In this document: positions 54,682 through 64,000 of the stretch, piece after piece
Position numbering within the stretch: the first letter of the stretch is position 1
Layout: every line of letters begins with the position of its first letter
Assembly (NCBI GenBank): GCA_035512935.1
Contig: DATKDA010000071.1
Span: forward strand, 7,042 to 71,041
DNA: 64,000 nt
Direction: 5' to 3'
Origin: Pyrinomonadaceae bacterium
Lineage (GTDB): Bacteria; Acidobacteriota; Blastocatellia; Pyrinomonadales; Pyrinomonadaceae
The notes under the pieces: generated by a model
The model's input: only the letters and a program-made list of their open reading frames with translations
Databases searched by the model: none
What the model was told of the DNA's origin: nothing
Position numbers and translations under genes: made by a program

Positions 54682-55630
54682 TCACTTCCTTCCTGCTGAA
54701 GTCTATCTCTACCCAGATGGGCCAATGGTCGGAGACATTTAAGGGCCGCACGACTCCCCAGCGCGTTACAGTCAACCCTCGAACAAACACCCAGTCGGCA
54801 TGCAGTCGCAGCCCTGCTCCACGCCACGTCGAGGTGCCGGTTGAAAAGGGGGTTGTATAGCCTCGCGATTCGAGCAGCCCCCGTGTCTCGACACACTTGC
54901 GGCCTGAGAGGGTGTTGAAGTCACCAAGCATAACGGCTGGCAGTGAAGAGTTCTCTGCTTCGTCCAGCATGACCTGGAGCTGTTCGATCTGTCCGTTGGC
55001 GGAAGAATGCGGATCGATGTGCGCGTTAAAGATCTGTAGCGCCCGTTCACCGGCGCGCACAGTGGCGCTGATCGATAGCCGCGGACGCCAGGGGCAATCT
55101 TTCCAGGGAAGGTCGATGCGTCTTACGTCCTCCAGCGGAAGATGACTTAACAAGGCCACACCGGTGTCGCCCTGATCGTAGAGCCCAATCTGTTCCTCGA
55201 AGTCGAGCCACCATTGTCGCGGTTGGGGTTTGATACCGCGCGGAATCCCGGCGGCTGCGTGCACCCACGACATGTTGAGTTCCTCAGCCAGAGCTTGGGC
55301 AACATGATGGCCACCGGCGCGGGCAGTGCCTTTATCGGCCTCCTGGAGCGCCAGAATGTCGACCGGCGGTAATTTTGTGGCCTCAAGAAATGTCCGGGCC
55401 GCAGCGCGAATGTTAGCCGCAACTTGTCCTGATCGATTTCTGGATTTGAAAAGACCAGCCTTGCGGAGCAAACCCGTCGAGATCAGGTAGCGGCCAACGG
55501 CATACCGAATGTTGTAAGAAGCGATCACCAGCTTCGTGTCGGCCTCAGTTTTGCGGCGCGCCGGGACATTACCAAACTCGAGCGGCGCTGGCTCAGGCAG
55601 TGAGTGGGCAGACTGTTCTAAGAGGGCCAT
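54671..55630 (-). CDS. endonuclease/exonuclease/phosphatase (EEP) family protein
   Basis: IASYNIRY near the N-terminus, LALQEAD, and a C-terminal SDHWPIWVEI. Confidence 0.8.
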   Translation of the reverse strand: MALLEQSAHSLPEPAPLEFGNVPARRKTEADTKLVIASYNIRYAVGRYLISTGLLRKAGLFKSRNRSGQVAANIRAAARTFLEATKLPPVDILALQEADKGTARAGGHHVAQALAEELNMSWVHAAAGIPRGIKPQPRQWWLDFEEQIGLYDQGDTGVALLSHLPLEDVRRIDLPWKDCPWRPRLSISATVRAGERALQIFNAHIDPHSSANGQIEQLQVMLDEAENSSLPAVMLGDFNTLSGRKCVETRGLLESRGYTTPFSTGTSTWRGAGLRLHADWVFVRGLTVTRWGVVRPLNVSDHWPIWVEIDFSRKEVSDT

Positions 55631-55649
55631 CCCCAGTATATTAAGTGAT

Positions 55650-56006
55650 ATGAATCGAACTGTAATAGCAGCCGTTGACGATATGATGTTTGCTTCTAAG
55701 ATCCGCGCCGCGGCTGAACATTTGGACGTGAATGTCCGTTTCGTTCGGAATATTCAAGCAGCGCTAACTGCGGCAAAGGAAAGTGCGCCGGATCTGTTCA
55801 TTGTGGATCTTCAATCGCAGAGGCTGGATCCTTTTGAATTCGCCCGGGAATTGCGAGCGATGAAGGAGCTACAGGCAATTCCAATGCTTGGTTTCTTTTC
55901 ACATGTAATGACTGAGATTCGCGAACGCGCGGTCGAGGCAGGCTACAATCAGGTAATTCCGCGCTCGGTGTTTTCAAGCAAGCTACCTGAGATCCTCGCC
56001 GGGTGA
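55650..56006 (+). CDS. stand-alone receiver (CheY-like) domain protein
   Basis: The DD pair (AAVDDMMF), the phospho-acceptor position (LFIVDL) and GFFSH are present. The conserved Lys position reads VIPR. Start set at MNRTVIAAV. Confidence 0.7.
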   Translation: MNRTVIAAVDDMMFASKIRAAAEHLDVNVRFVRNIQAALTAAKESAPDLFIVDLQSQRLDPFEFARELRAMKELQAIPMLGFFSHVMTEIRERAVEAGYNQVIPRSVFSSKLPEILAG

Positions 56007-56057
56007 GCGCTCAATGCTGGTGTAACAGTCGACCAAGCTCCGTCGGGACCACAAAGA

Positions 56058-56084
56058 AAAAGGGAGGCATTTGCCTCCCTTTCT
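56058..56084. terminator. intrinsic terminator hairpin between the convergent receiver gene and dps
   Basis: AGGGAGG (56061-56067), loop CATTTG, then CCTCCCT (56074-56080). An A-run lies on the left, which reads as TTTTCTTT after the stem on the dps strand. A shorter TTCT lies on the right. Confidence 0.65.
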
Positions 56085-56108
56085 CCAAAACAATAAAAAC
56101 CGTTTCCG

Positions 56109-56645
56109 TCATGCTCGCTTCGCGGAAGCAGTCGGTTGCTGGCCCGCCAGCAGACTCCTCAGCATCCAGGCAGTCTTCTCGTGAAACTCCATCCGCTCAG
56201 TCAGAAGGTCAGCCGTCGGCGCATCCTTCGCATTCTCAGCCGTCTCAATTATTGATCGCGCAGTTCGATTGGCGATCTCATGTCCTTCAACCAGCAGTCG
56301 AATCATCTCTTCTGCGGGCGGTACGTCGTCGTCTTCCTTAATCGACGTCAACTTTGTGAAAGCTTTATGAGTAGCTGGCGCTACGAAGCCAAGGCTGCGG
56401 ATCCGTTCGGCGATCGCATCGTTAGCAACCCATAAGGCGTTGTACTGCTCCTCGAACATCAGGTGCAACGTTCGAAACATTGGGCCAGTGACGTTCCAAT
56501 GAAAATTGTGTGTCTTTAGATAAAGAGTGAAGGTGTCGGCTAAAAGCTTCGACAGTCCTTCTGCTATCTCCACTCGTTCATTCTCGCCAATGCCAAGATT
56601 CATAGGCATTGCTTTTGTTTCTGCTCCTGAATTTACTTCCATCAT
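56109..56645 (-). CDS. dps: Dps-family DNA-binding ferritin-like protein
   Basis: [28 protein letters not shown] ferroxidase-site pattern. Confidence 0.9.
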   Translation of the reverse strand: MMEVNSGAETKAMPMNLGIGENERVEIAEGLSKLLADTFTLYLKTHNFHWNVTGPMFRTLHLMFEEQYNALWVANDAIAERIRSLGFVAPATHKAFTKLTSIKEDDDVPPAEEMIRLLVEGHEIANRTARSIIETAENAKDAPTADLLTERMEFHEKTAWMLRSLLAGQQPTASAKRA

Positions 56646-56660
56646 TTCCTCCCTTGTCCT

Positions 56661-57680
56661 TCAACTTACGGGCGCCGGTGTAATCACCTCATGGATCGCC
56701 CGCACCTCTCTAACAAGTTCTTCATACTGTTCCACGGTAAGCGCCTGGGCGCCATCTGATAAAGCGTGTTCAGGCTGATCGTGGACTTCAATGATTAAGC
56801 CATCAGCGCCAACAGCAACTCCCGCTCGAGCCAGCGGAGTAACCATAAAATTCTTTCCGGTTCCGTGCGATGGGTCGACGATAACCGGCAGGTGTGATAT
56901 TCGCCGCACCGCCGGTACCGCGGCAAGATCCATCGTGTTGCGCGTATGCTGCGCAAAAGTCCTGATGCCGCGCTCGCAGAGGATGACCTGATAGTTGCCT
57001 TCCGACATCACGTACTCGGCCGCAAGCAACCATTCGTCCAGAGTCGCTGACAGACCACGTTTTAAGAGTACCGGCAATCTGGCCTTTCCAGCCCGCCGAA
57101 GCAAGGAAAAGTTCTGCATGCTACGCGCGCCTATTTGAATGACGTCGCCGTAGCGCTCGACCAGATCAACTCCGTTCTCGTCCAATGCTTCCGTGACAAT
57201 CTTAAGGCCATAAACATCACGGATCTCTGCCAGTATTCTCAAACCTTCCTCACCTAATCCCTGAAAAGCGTAGGGTGACGTTCGTGGTTTAAACGCTCCG
57301 CCCCGAAAGAATCGGGCGCCACTCCGCCGCACAGATTCAGCGACGGCAAAGGTCTGTGCGCGACTCTCGACGGCGCAAGGGCCCGCGATTATAGCCAGCT
57401 CATCGCCCCCGATTGTTGCATCACCAACGCGAACTACCGTTTTGTCCGGCCGGAGATCAAGCGTGATTAGCTTATAAGGCTTGCTGACCCTGATTGCTTC
57501 AGCCACGCCCGGGAGCGTCTCGAAATGAGAGGGATCAATCGGCCCCTGATTGCCGGTGATCCCGATGGCGGTGCGAGTGGCGCCGGGCATCGGGTGCGCC
57601 TTATAACCCAATTGTTCGATAACGCTCAGTACGTCGTCGATTTGCGCCTCAGTGGCGCCGGCCTTCATCACGATCAGCAT
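56661..57680 (-). CDS. aroF: 3-deoxy-7-phosphoheptulonate (DAHP) synthase, type I-beta, with an N-terminal ferredoxin-like regulatory domain
   Basis: [26 protein letters not shown] regulatory domain, then the GPCAVES and [13 protein letters not shown] catalytic motifs. Confidence 0.9.
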   Translation of the reverse strand: MLIVMKAGATEAQIDDVLSVIEQLGYKAHPMPGATRTAIGITGNQGPIDPSHFETLPGVAEAIRVSKPYKLITLDLRPDKTVVRVGDATIGGDELAIIAGPCAVESRAQTFAVAESVRRSGARFFRGGAFKPRTSPYAFQGLGEEGLRILAEIRDVYGLKIVTEALDENGVDLVERYGDVIQIGARSMQNFSLLRRAGKARLPVLLKRGLSATLDEWLLAAEYVMSEGNYQVILCERGIRTFAQHTRNTMDLAAVPAVRRISHLPVIVDPSHGTGKNFMVTPLARAGVAVGADGLIIEVHDQPEHALSDGAQALTVEQYEELVREVRAIHEVITPAPVS

Positions 57681-57723
57681 GGTCTCTTATACTCTCACGT
57701 TTCGTTAAATGTACAGCCTGCCA

Positions 57724-59784
57724 CTACATTCTCTCCGGTACAGCAATGCCGAGAACTTCCAAAGCCCTTGTCAATTTACGCCGGGTGATGTCCGCGGCCG
57801 CGATCAGCACTGCGCGCCTGGTTTCATCCTCCTCAGCAATAATCCGATGCCGGTGGTAAAAAAGGTTGAAAGCGCGCGCCAGAGTGAATGCATACTTTGC
57901 CAGATTGGCAGGTTCTGCGGACAGCGAACATTGGGCCACCACGTCATCCAGTCTCTGGGCCAGCATAATTAGCGACCAAATCTCGGTGCCCGCTTCGCCC
58001 TCGAGTGATGTAGCCAGAGTTCCGCGACGAAGCTCGTCTTGGACGGACGCTTTAATCAGATGCTGGGCAGCCTCCCGCGAACTCTCATCAAGTTTTCGAA
58101 AGATTGAATTTGCCCGCACCGCCGCATACTGGCAATAGGGGCCAGTCTCACCTTCAAACGAAAGAGCTTCCTGAAAGTCAAAAGCGATCACCGAGTTCCG
58201 TGTGAACTTCAACAAGAAATACCTGAGGGCGCCTACCGCAATCTCGTGGGCGGTTACCCTTTTCTCCTCAGATGACAGATCCGGGTGTCTCGTCTCGACC
58301 TCGCGAAGCGCGTCAGCCTCGAGTCGGTCTATCAGATCGTCGGCTTTCACGCCAAGACCTCTGCGACCGCTCATCTCGATAAAGGACTTGGCACGATCCT
58401 GCTCGGTCAACTGTATCCCAAGCTCTTCACATGCTGCGGGCGAAAGCGCCACCATCTCGTAGCCAAAATGGACGCTTGCATCTCTGCCTGCCTCGGGTAC
58501 GAGGGCCGCGACGCCTCGTGCAACGATCTCCTGTGGATAGGCCTGCCGGGAGTCGATCACGTTATAAACAGTTACGCCGTGTCCAAACCTGGGCGGTTCA
58601 TCTCCGGCTACCGCCGGATCTGTGGTTGTGATCCAGGTGGTCTGCCCGTCTGCATATAAACGAAAGGGTTTGTAGAAAAAATCCAGCCCGAGGTGGCCCA
58701 GTTTCCACAGTTGGTAGGCGATGTCTTTGCCCGTATAGGTCACAGTCCCATTCGATCGGACGATAATCTTATCTGCCTCATGTTCGTCAGTGCCGGTGTG
58801 TGACTCAAACGGCATTACCCAGCAGCCTTTGTTGCGCCCTTCAGATTCGAAACGAATGACGCCGGCAGCTTTCATCAGTTCGAATGCGCGTTCCCAGAAA
58901 TGCAGATGCAGGATCTCAGACTCGCGAGCCAACAGGTCGTAACGAATATCCAGTCGCTCCATCGTGTCGAGGATGCGTTCGACATTTCGGGTCGCCACGT
59001 AGTCGGCAAGCTCTGCCGTCGGGTTGTTTCCTTCTTCGATAGCGTGCAGCAGCGCATTCCGCAACTTCAATTTTTCGGGGTTTAGCTCACCGGCCGGATG
59101 CGAGTCGCGATAGAAGAGACCCACCTTTGTATAGAGATCCCAGCAGTAATAATCGAAGGGGCGGTCGGGAGGCAGGGATTTGTCTAAATTCTTGATCTCT
59201 TCCAGGTTCAGGCGCTCGATGTGCATAAACCCAACGACGACGTCAGCTACCTGGACTCCTGTGTTGTCGATATAGTTCTGGACCTCGACGAGATTCCCGG
59301 CAGCCTGGAGGATACGGACGAAGGTGTCCCCTAGCACGGCGTTCCGTACGTGACCGATGTGGGCGGCTTTGTTGGGGTTGATGCTCGTGTGCTCGACCAT
59401 CTTTTTCGCGGCCGTTTCTCGGGGGGCTGCCGCACCTTCGCTTGCCTCCTCTGCAAATAGGGCGAGCAGTCTGGGCCGATCGAAGAACACGTTCAGGTAG
59501 CCTGCGCCTGCGACCTCGACCCGGGCGATTTCAGCAGTTGCCTCGAGCTTGGTCTTAAGTTGCTCGGCGATGTTGCGCGGCGCGACCTTGACGCCTGTGC
59601 CGAGTTTTATCAGCTTCGCCAGTTCGAATGAGACGGGGAACGCGAGGTCTCCAAGTTCCGCCCGCGGTGGGGTTTCGGCGTTTACTTGTTCTAGTTCAAT
59701 GCCAAAAAGATCGAGCGCGGCTGCCTGGACCTGCTGTTTCAGTTGAGATTGAAGGTCAGTGAGTGTCACACCCGCGCTCCTCAT
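57724..59784 (-). CDS. argS: arginine--tRNA ligase
   Basis: HIGH-type motif NPNKAAHIGHVRN, and a C-terminal DALR anticodon-binding domain ending in the typical ...PERM. Confidence 0.92.
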   Translation of the reverse strand: MRSAGVTLTDLQSQLKQQVQAAALDLFGIELEQVNAETPPRAELGDLAFPVSFELAKLIKLGTGVKVAPRNIAEQLKTKLEATAEIARVEVAGAGYLNVFFDRPRLLALFAEEASEGAAAPRETAAKKMVEHTSINPNKAAHIGHVRNAVLGDTFVRILQAAGNLVEVQNYIDNTGVQVADVVVGFMHIERLNLEEIKNLDKSLPPDRPFDYYCWDLYTKVGLFYRDSHPAGELNPEKLKLRNALLHAIEEGNNPTAELADYVATRNVERILDTMERLDIRYDLLARESEILHLHFWERAFELMKAAGVIRFESEGRNKGCWVMPFESHTGTDEHEADKIIVRSNGTVTYTGKDIAYQLWKLGHLGLDFFYKPFRLYADGQTTWITTTDPAVAGDEPPRFGHGVTVYNVIDSRQAYPQEIVARGVAALVPEAGRDASVHFGYEMVALSPAACEELGIQLTEQDRAKSFIEMSGRRGLGVKADDLIDRLEADALREVETRHPDLSSEEKRVTAHEIAVGALRYFLLKFTRNSVIAFDFQEALSFEGETGPYCQYAAVRANSIFRKLDESSREAAQHLIKASVQDELRRGTLATSLEGEAGTEIWSLIMLAQRLDDVVAQCSLSAEPANLAKYAFTLARAFNLFYHRHRIIAEEDETRRAVLIAAADITRRKLTRALEVLGIAVPERM

Positions 59785-59874
59785 TTAATAGAAAAGCGCA
59801 GAGTATAGCCGATCCAGAAGGACACCCGAAATGACCATGAACCTGATAATCTGGTACCATCCACTTTTTTAGAA

Positions 59875-60612
59875 ATGCAGATGGTTAGCACCCCAGTGAT
59901 CCCCGACAAACTTCGCCGTCGGTTTGCGGAAGCCAAGGCTATGCTCGTCCTGACAGGAGCAGGCATTTCAGCCGAGTCCGGCGTCCCTACTTTCCGTGGG
60001 GGTGGAAACAGTCTGGTCTGGAAAGGAATGCCATTCGACGTGATTTCATCTGCGCAAATGGTTGAACGAGATCTTCCGGCCGTCTGGGAGTGGTTTGACT
60101 ACCGCCGCAATCTGCTGACCTCACTTAAACCCAATGCCGGGCATCGGGCGTTGGCCGATTGGCAGGATCGCTTTGAAGAGTTTTCACTTGTTACCCAGAA
60201 CATTGACGGACTTCACCAATTGGCTGGTTCCACGAGAGTCACTGAGCTTCACGGGAGCATATGGCGCGCCCGCTGCACAAACTGCCAGGCACGTCATGAG
60301 GTTCCGCGAGATGGAGCACGCCCTGAGGCCTGTCTCGAATGCGGCAGCCCGCTGCGCCCTGACGTGGTGCTCTTTGGCGAGATGCTGCCGCCGGGGGCTT
60401 TTGAACTTGCAGCGGAACAAGCCTCCCGGTGTGACCTGTGTTTTGTTATAGGCACCTCGGCAATCGTCTACCCTGCGGCGAGCCTTCCGGACATTGCCCG
60501 TGCAGCCGGTGCGTATGTATGCGAAGTGAATCCTGAAATGACACCGCTATCTGCTCAGTGTGATGAAGTATTGACGGGACAAGCCGGCGCCATCTTGCCA
60601 ATGTTGACCTGA
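59875..60612 (+). CDS. cobB: NAD-dependent protein deacylase (Sir2 family)
   Basis: GAGISAESGVPTFRG, QNIDGLH, and a zinc module CTNC...CLEC. Confidence 0.9.
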   Translation: MQMVSTPVIPDKLRRRFAEAKAMLVLTGAGISAESGVPTFRGGGNSLVWKGMPFDVISSAQMVERDLPAVWEWFDYRRNLLTSLKPNAGHRALADWQDRFEEFSLVTQNIDGLHQLAGSTRVTELHGSIWRARCTNCQARHEVPRDGARPEACLECGSPLRPDVVLFGEMLPPGAFELAAEQASRCDLCFVIGTSAIVYPAASLPDIARAAGAYVCEVNPEMTPLSAQCDEVLTGQAGAILPMLT

Positions 60613-60634
60613 GCCCCGAAGATCCTTTCCACTT

Positions 60635-61807
60635 ATGAGAACCCTTTACTTCGATTGTTTTGCCGGCGCCAGCGGGGACATGATTCTGGGAGCCCTGGTG
60701 GGCGCTGGAGTAGAGCAACGTCTGCTGATGGACCAGCTAGCATTGCTCGGTGTCGAAGGTTACGAGATCGAGTTTGCAATCGTGGATCGTTCCGGCATTA
60801 GCGCCACTCATGCCCGCGTGAAGACCAGAACTGAACGTGCTCACAGACACCTGAAAGACATTCTGAAGATTATCAACGACTCTCGCTTGGACCAGCAGAT
60901 AAAAGACCGGGCAACCAACGTTTTTGCCCTCCTCGCACAAGCAGAAGCCAAAGTGCACAACCAGCCGGTCGAGAAAGTTCACTTTCATGAAGTCGGAGCG
61001 TTAGATGCAATCATCGACGTGGTTGGAGCCACTATCGCTTTTGAGATGTTAGGCATCGAACGCTTTCTCTCGTCTCCGATTCATGTAGGCAGCGGTTTTG
61101 TGGAGATGGAGCATGGCCGCTTTCCAGTACCACCTCCTGCGGTCGCCGAACTGTTGGCGAACGCTCCGATCTACGCAACAGATATCAAGGGGGAATTGGT
61201 GACTCCGACTGGCGCGGCAATCATCGCTAGCATGTGCACAGAATATGGTCCGATCCCGAAGCTGAAGCTGGAGCGAACGGGTTACGGAGCAGGAACTCGA
61301 AAGTATGAAAAGTTCCCGAACGTATTACGGGTGTTCATTGGTGAGGATGAGTCCAACGCAACGGAAGAGCCCTTGGTAATGCTCGATACGAATATCGATG
61401 ATATGTCCCCGGAGGTATTCGGTCATGTGATGGATCGCGCGCTGGAGTCTGGTGCTCTAGACTGTTACTTCACGCCAGTACAGATGAAGAAGAATCGACC
61501 GGGGGTTCTGCTTTCCGTTCTCTGCCGGCCGAGTGATCGAGAGAAGATGATGACGATGCTATTTACCGAGACAACAACCCTAGGTGTTCGCTGTTATGAA
61601 GTGAGCCGGCGGGCCCTTGAGCGCGAGTCGGTTCAGGTTGACACTCCGTACGGGCCGATCGATGTTAAAGTAGCGCGATTAAATCGGCAGATTATCAAGG
61701 CAATGCCCGAGTATGAACAGTGCCGGCAGGCTGCGCGCGAGGCTGATGTGCCATTGCGAGTCGTGGAGGAGGCGGCCCGTTTGGCGTTCACGCAGTCAGG
61801 CAATTAG
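60635..61807 (+). CDS. larC: LarC-family nickel insertion protein (DUF111)
   Basis: N-terminal YFDCFAGASGDMILGAL and HFHEVGALDAI motifs. Confidence 0.88.
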   Translation: MRTLYFDCFAGASGDMILGALVGAGVEQRLLMDQLALLGVEGYEIEFAIVDRSGISATHARVKTRTERAHRHLKDILKIINDSRLDQQIKDRATNVFALLAQAEAKVHNQPVEKVHFHEVGALDAIIDVVGATIAFEMLGIERFLSSPIHVGSGFVEMEHGRFPVPPPAVAELLANAPIYATDIKGELVTPTGAAIIASMCTEYGPIPKLKLERTGYGAGTRKYEKFPNVLRVFIGEDESNATEEPLVMLDTNIDDMSPEVFGHVMDRALESGALDCYFTPVQMKKNRPGVLLSVLCRPSDREKMMTMLFTETTTLGVRCYEVSRRALERESVQVDTPYGPIDVKVARLNRQIIKAMPEYEQCRQAAREADVPLRVVEEAARLAFTQSGN

Positions 61808-61828
61808 TTTTTCGGCAGAAAGGTATCT

Positions 61829-62446
61829 ATGGTAGTTAAGTTTTCTGACACTGAAACGAATTCTGAACAGAACGGTTCAACAGCAGATCTTGAGTTGATT
61901 GCGCGTGGCGTGCGCATGATTCTCGAAGGCATTGGAGAAGACCCGAATCGACCGGGACTTCAGGATACGCCCCAGCGGGTCGCGGAGATGTTTGCCGAGT
62001 TAACCGCCGGAATGCACCAGAACCCGCAGGCGCACGTGGTGCCCCTGCTGGGAGATAAGCACGACGAGATGGTAATAGTTAAAGACATCGACATTTCCTC
62101 GATGTGCGAGCATCACCTGGCGCCATTTGTTGGGAAATGCCATATCGCCTATATCCCCCGCGAAGGAAGGATTCTTGGCTTGTCGAAACTCGCCCGCATT
62201 GCCGAGACGTTTTCACGGCGACTACAACTACAGGAGCGCCTGACTACTGAGATTGCGACGACACTTTACGAGGGCTTAAAACCACTTGGAGTAATGGTTG
62301 TGGTCGAGGCTGAACATACGTGCATGACGCTTCGCGGGGTGCGAAAAGCTAATGCGAAGACAATAACGTCGGCCGTCCTGGGAGGTTTTCGCAAAGATCC
62401 AAGGACTCGTTCGGAAGCGATGGCATTGATTACAGGGAAAGGATAA
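61829..62446 (+). CDS. folE: GTP cyclohydrolase I
   Basis: SMCEHHLAPF and RLQLQERLT motifs. Confidence 0.93.
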   Translation: MVVKFSDTETNSEQNGSTADLELIARGVRMILEGIGEDPNRPGLQDTPQRVAEMFAELTAGMHQNPQAHVVPLLGDKHDEMVIVKDIDISSMCEHHLAPFVGKCHIAYIPREGRILGLSKLARIAETFSRRLQLQERLTTEIATTLYEGLKPLGVMVVVEAEHTCMTLRGVRKANAKTITSAVLGGFRKDPRTRSEAMALITGKG

Positions 62447-62452
62447 AACTTT

Positions 62453-62592
62453 GTCCTTCGGTCTTTGGTCTTGGGCCTTTGGTCTTTGATTTTTCTTTCG
62501 GGACTAGTCGCTAAACAGGTGTTGAAGTTCCATAGCCTCAAAGCCAAGCTCAAAGATCAAAGACCAAAGCCGAAGGCTAAAGGCCCAAAGAC
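62453..62592. repeat. intercistronic element made of two inverted 7-nt-unit arrays (member C, same unit family as member B)
   Basis: Left array: GTCCTTC GGTCTTT GGTCTTG GGCCTTT GGTCTTT GATTTTT (62453-62494). Right array: AAAGATC AAAGACC AAAGCCG AAGGCTA AAGGCCC AAAGACC (62551-62592), with degenerate units from about 62538. 62474-62494 is complementary to 62551-62570 apart from one indel and one mismatch. Confidence 0.75.
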
Positions 62593-62605
62593 CATATCCC
62601 ACTTT

Positions 62606-64000
62606 ATGAAAACCTTTTACGTCACTACGCCGATCTATTACGCCAATAGTCTGCCCCACCTCGGCCACCTTTATACGATGATTGTGGTCGACACTCTTCA
62701 CCGCCACAAAGAACAACGTGGCTTTGAAACCTATTTCCTTACAGGCACCGATGAGCACGGCATTAATGTCGAGCGTGCCGCCGCCCGCGCCGGACGCACC
62801 CCCGCCGAACAGGCCGATTATGTGGTTGATTACTACAAGAGAATGACTTCTCAGTTTGGCCTGGACACAGCCCACGGTGGTTACGACATCTTTATGCGCA
62901 CCACGGCGCCGTTTCATGCCCAGGGGGTAAGCACGTTCTGGCGCAACGTTGTGGCCTCAAAGACTCCGAAAGGTCGGGAGCCAATCTATAAAGGACACTA
63001 CGAAGGTTGGTTTTGTGCTCCGTGCGCCGCATACAAGACTGAGGATGAGTACATCAAGCCGGAAAAGGCAGATCAACCACCGCTTTGTCTGATTCATGAA
63101 GCGCCGCTGGACCGAGTCTCAGAGGAGAGCTATTTCTTTCGACTATCCGACTATGCTGAAGCGCTGCTCGAGCTGTACGAATCCGACCCCAACTTTATAA
63201 GACCTGAATCGCGACGCAACGAGGTCATCAGTTTCGTGCGTGGGGGCCTTCAGGATCTCTCCATCAGTCGCTTGCGAAGTTCGGTAAGCTGGGGCATACC
63301 GGTTCCTGATGACCCGAACCATACGATTTATGTTTGGTTCGATGCGCTCATCAACTACATCACCGCAATCGGTTACGGAAACGAAGAGAGAGATCGCGTG
63401 GTCGGCTTCGAGAAGTTTTGGCCGGCTGTCCACTTCGTCGGCAAAGACATTTTGCGTTTTCATGCTGTTTACTGGCCTGCCTTCCTGATGGCCGCAGGTG
63501 TGGAACTACCGCGCGCTGTCGTCGCTCACGGCATGTGGGTGGACCAAATCGGACGAAAGATGTCCAAAACTCTTGGCAACGCTGTCGAACTCGACGTCCT
63601 CCATAAATACTTTTCGATCGATGCCATTCGTTACTTCTGCCTCAGGGAGATGGTCTTTGGTCAGGACGGGCGTTTTGGTTATGAAGCTCTGATTGATCGG
63701 ACAAATAGCGATCTGGCAAGCGGCCTGGGCAATCTATCCAGCCGCACGCTTACGATGATTGGCCGCTATTGCGACGGTCGTGTTCCTTCAGGCCGGATCT
63801 CTGAAGAGAAGCTTCTGTTGGCAAAACGTACCGGGGTTGATACAGACGAGACGACAATCGCAGGCTTCATCGAACATGCTCGAGATCAATTTCTACTCAA
63901 CTTTGAAAACCTTGCATTCAGCCGGGGCCTCGAAGCCGCTTGGTCCATTGTTGCTCGGGTTGACAAGATGATTACCGAGGCCAAGCCCTGGGACCTGGCA
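62606..64000 (+). CDS. metG: methionine--tRNA ligase, N-terminal 465 codons; the 3' end lies outside the window
   Basis: Not in the ORF track because it runs off the window. My own translation from ATG 62606 reads MKTFYVTTPIYYANSLPHLGHLYT (HIGH motif), with GRKMSKTL (KMSKS motif) near 63550. The frame is open to base 64000. Confidence 0.93.
   Translation, partial: MKTFYVTTPIYYANSLPHLGHLYTMIVVDTLHRHKEQRGFETYFLTGTDEHGINVERAAARAGRTPAEQADYVVDYYKRMTSQFGLDTAHGGYDIFMRTTAPFHAQGVSTFWRNVVASKTPKGREPIYKGHYEGWFCAPCAAYKTEDEYIKPEKADQPPLCLIHEAPLDRVSEESYFFRLSDYAEALLELYESDPNFIRPESRRNEVISFVRGGLQDLSISRLRSSVSWGIPVPDDPNHTIYVWFDALINYITAIGYGNEERDRVVGFEKFWPAVHFVGKDILRFHAVYWPAFLMAAGVELPRAVVAHGMWVDQIGRKMSKTLGNAVELDVLHKYFSIDAIRYFCLREMVFGQDGRFGYEALIDRTNSDLASGLGNLSSRTLTMIGRYCDGRVPSGRISEEKLLLAKRTGVDTDETTIAGFIEHARDQFLLNFENLAFSRGLEAAWSIVARVDKMITEAKPWDLA

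Noticed and set aside
10491-62592. Heptamer arrays as CRISPR or as transposon terminal inverted repeats (MITE)
   Set aside because: The units are 7 nt and contiguous, with no spacers, so this is not CRISPR. The arms differ completely in sequence between loci A, D and B/C. I also see no flanking target-site duplication or transposase, so a classical MITE is unlikely, though it is not excluded for the B/C pair.
62504-63463. 137-aa and 106-aa minus-strand ORFs
   Set aside because: They are antisense to the metG coding sequence, which was missing from the ORF track only because it runs off the window.
1-64000. Prophage, IS element, integron, or tRNA/rRNA genes
   Set aside because: No integrase, transposase, recombinase or phage structural motifs appear in any frame. 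I noticed no tRNA-like T-arm/acceptor patterns or rRNA-like stretches. The only accessory-looking stretch (17.6-21.2 kb) lacks mobility genes.

Overview
This is a 64-kb chromosomal segment of about 53% GC, densely packed with roughly 60 protein-coding genes. I found no rRNA, tRNA, CRISPR array, transposase or integrase. All calls rest on motif recognition in the supplied translations and on reading the DNA by eye; no database search was possible. The gene content (DPP-IV, GH9, DUF2911, an FHA/Ser-Thr kinase cell-wall cluster, many TPR proteins) suggests an Acidobacteriota-like organism, but that is inference only.

Gene layout, 5' to 3':
- Partial SSS symporter, DPP-IV peptidase, mutM.
- Sugar-nucleotide genes (phosphohexomutase and an NDP-sugar pyrophosphorylase), then thiolase and hbd.
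- The classical yceD-rpmF-plsX-fabH-fabD-acpP-fabF operon, here without fabG, followed by etfBA.
- A small decayed accessory islet: vapBC, a VOC remnant, a frameshifted SRPBCC gene, DinB and two tiny coiled-coil ORFs.
- dgkA, SCO1 and an Slt-type lytic transglycosylase.
- folD, coaE, and an Opp-type ABC importer with two substrate-binding proteins.
- A four-gene signalling operon: a PocR-GAF-GGDEF cyclase, a large protein with an RsbW-like kinase domain, a STAS protein, and a GAF-HD-GYP phosphodiesterase.
- A convergent FHA / bPBP / SEDS / PP2C / Hanks-kinase / FHA cluster.
- An AraC regulator, DUF1761, DUF2911 and GH9.
- Housekeeping genes: trmH-like, EEP, a receiver domain, dps, DAHP synthase, argS, cobB, larC, folE and partial metG.

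Most unusual observations:
1. A family of intercistronic elements built from two inverted arrays of 7-nt units. Each one fills the gap between a stop codon and the next gene's start. Loci: 10491-10633, 12979-13087, 15653-15784 and 62453-62592.
2. A related 7-nt x3 tract sits in front of dgkA, where the conserved N-terminus has no in-frame canonical start.
3. The c-di-GMP and partner-switching operon has no sigma factor or dedicated phosphatase. It is built around a 760-aa fusion protein with a degenerate P-loop.
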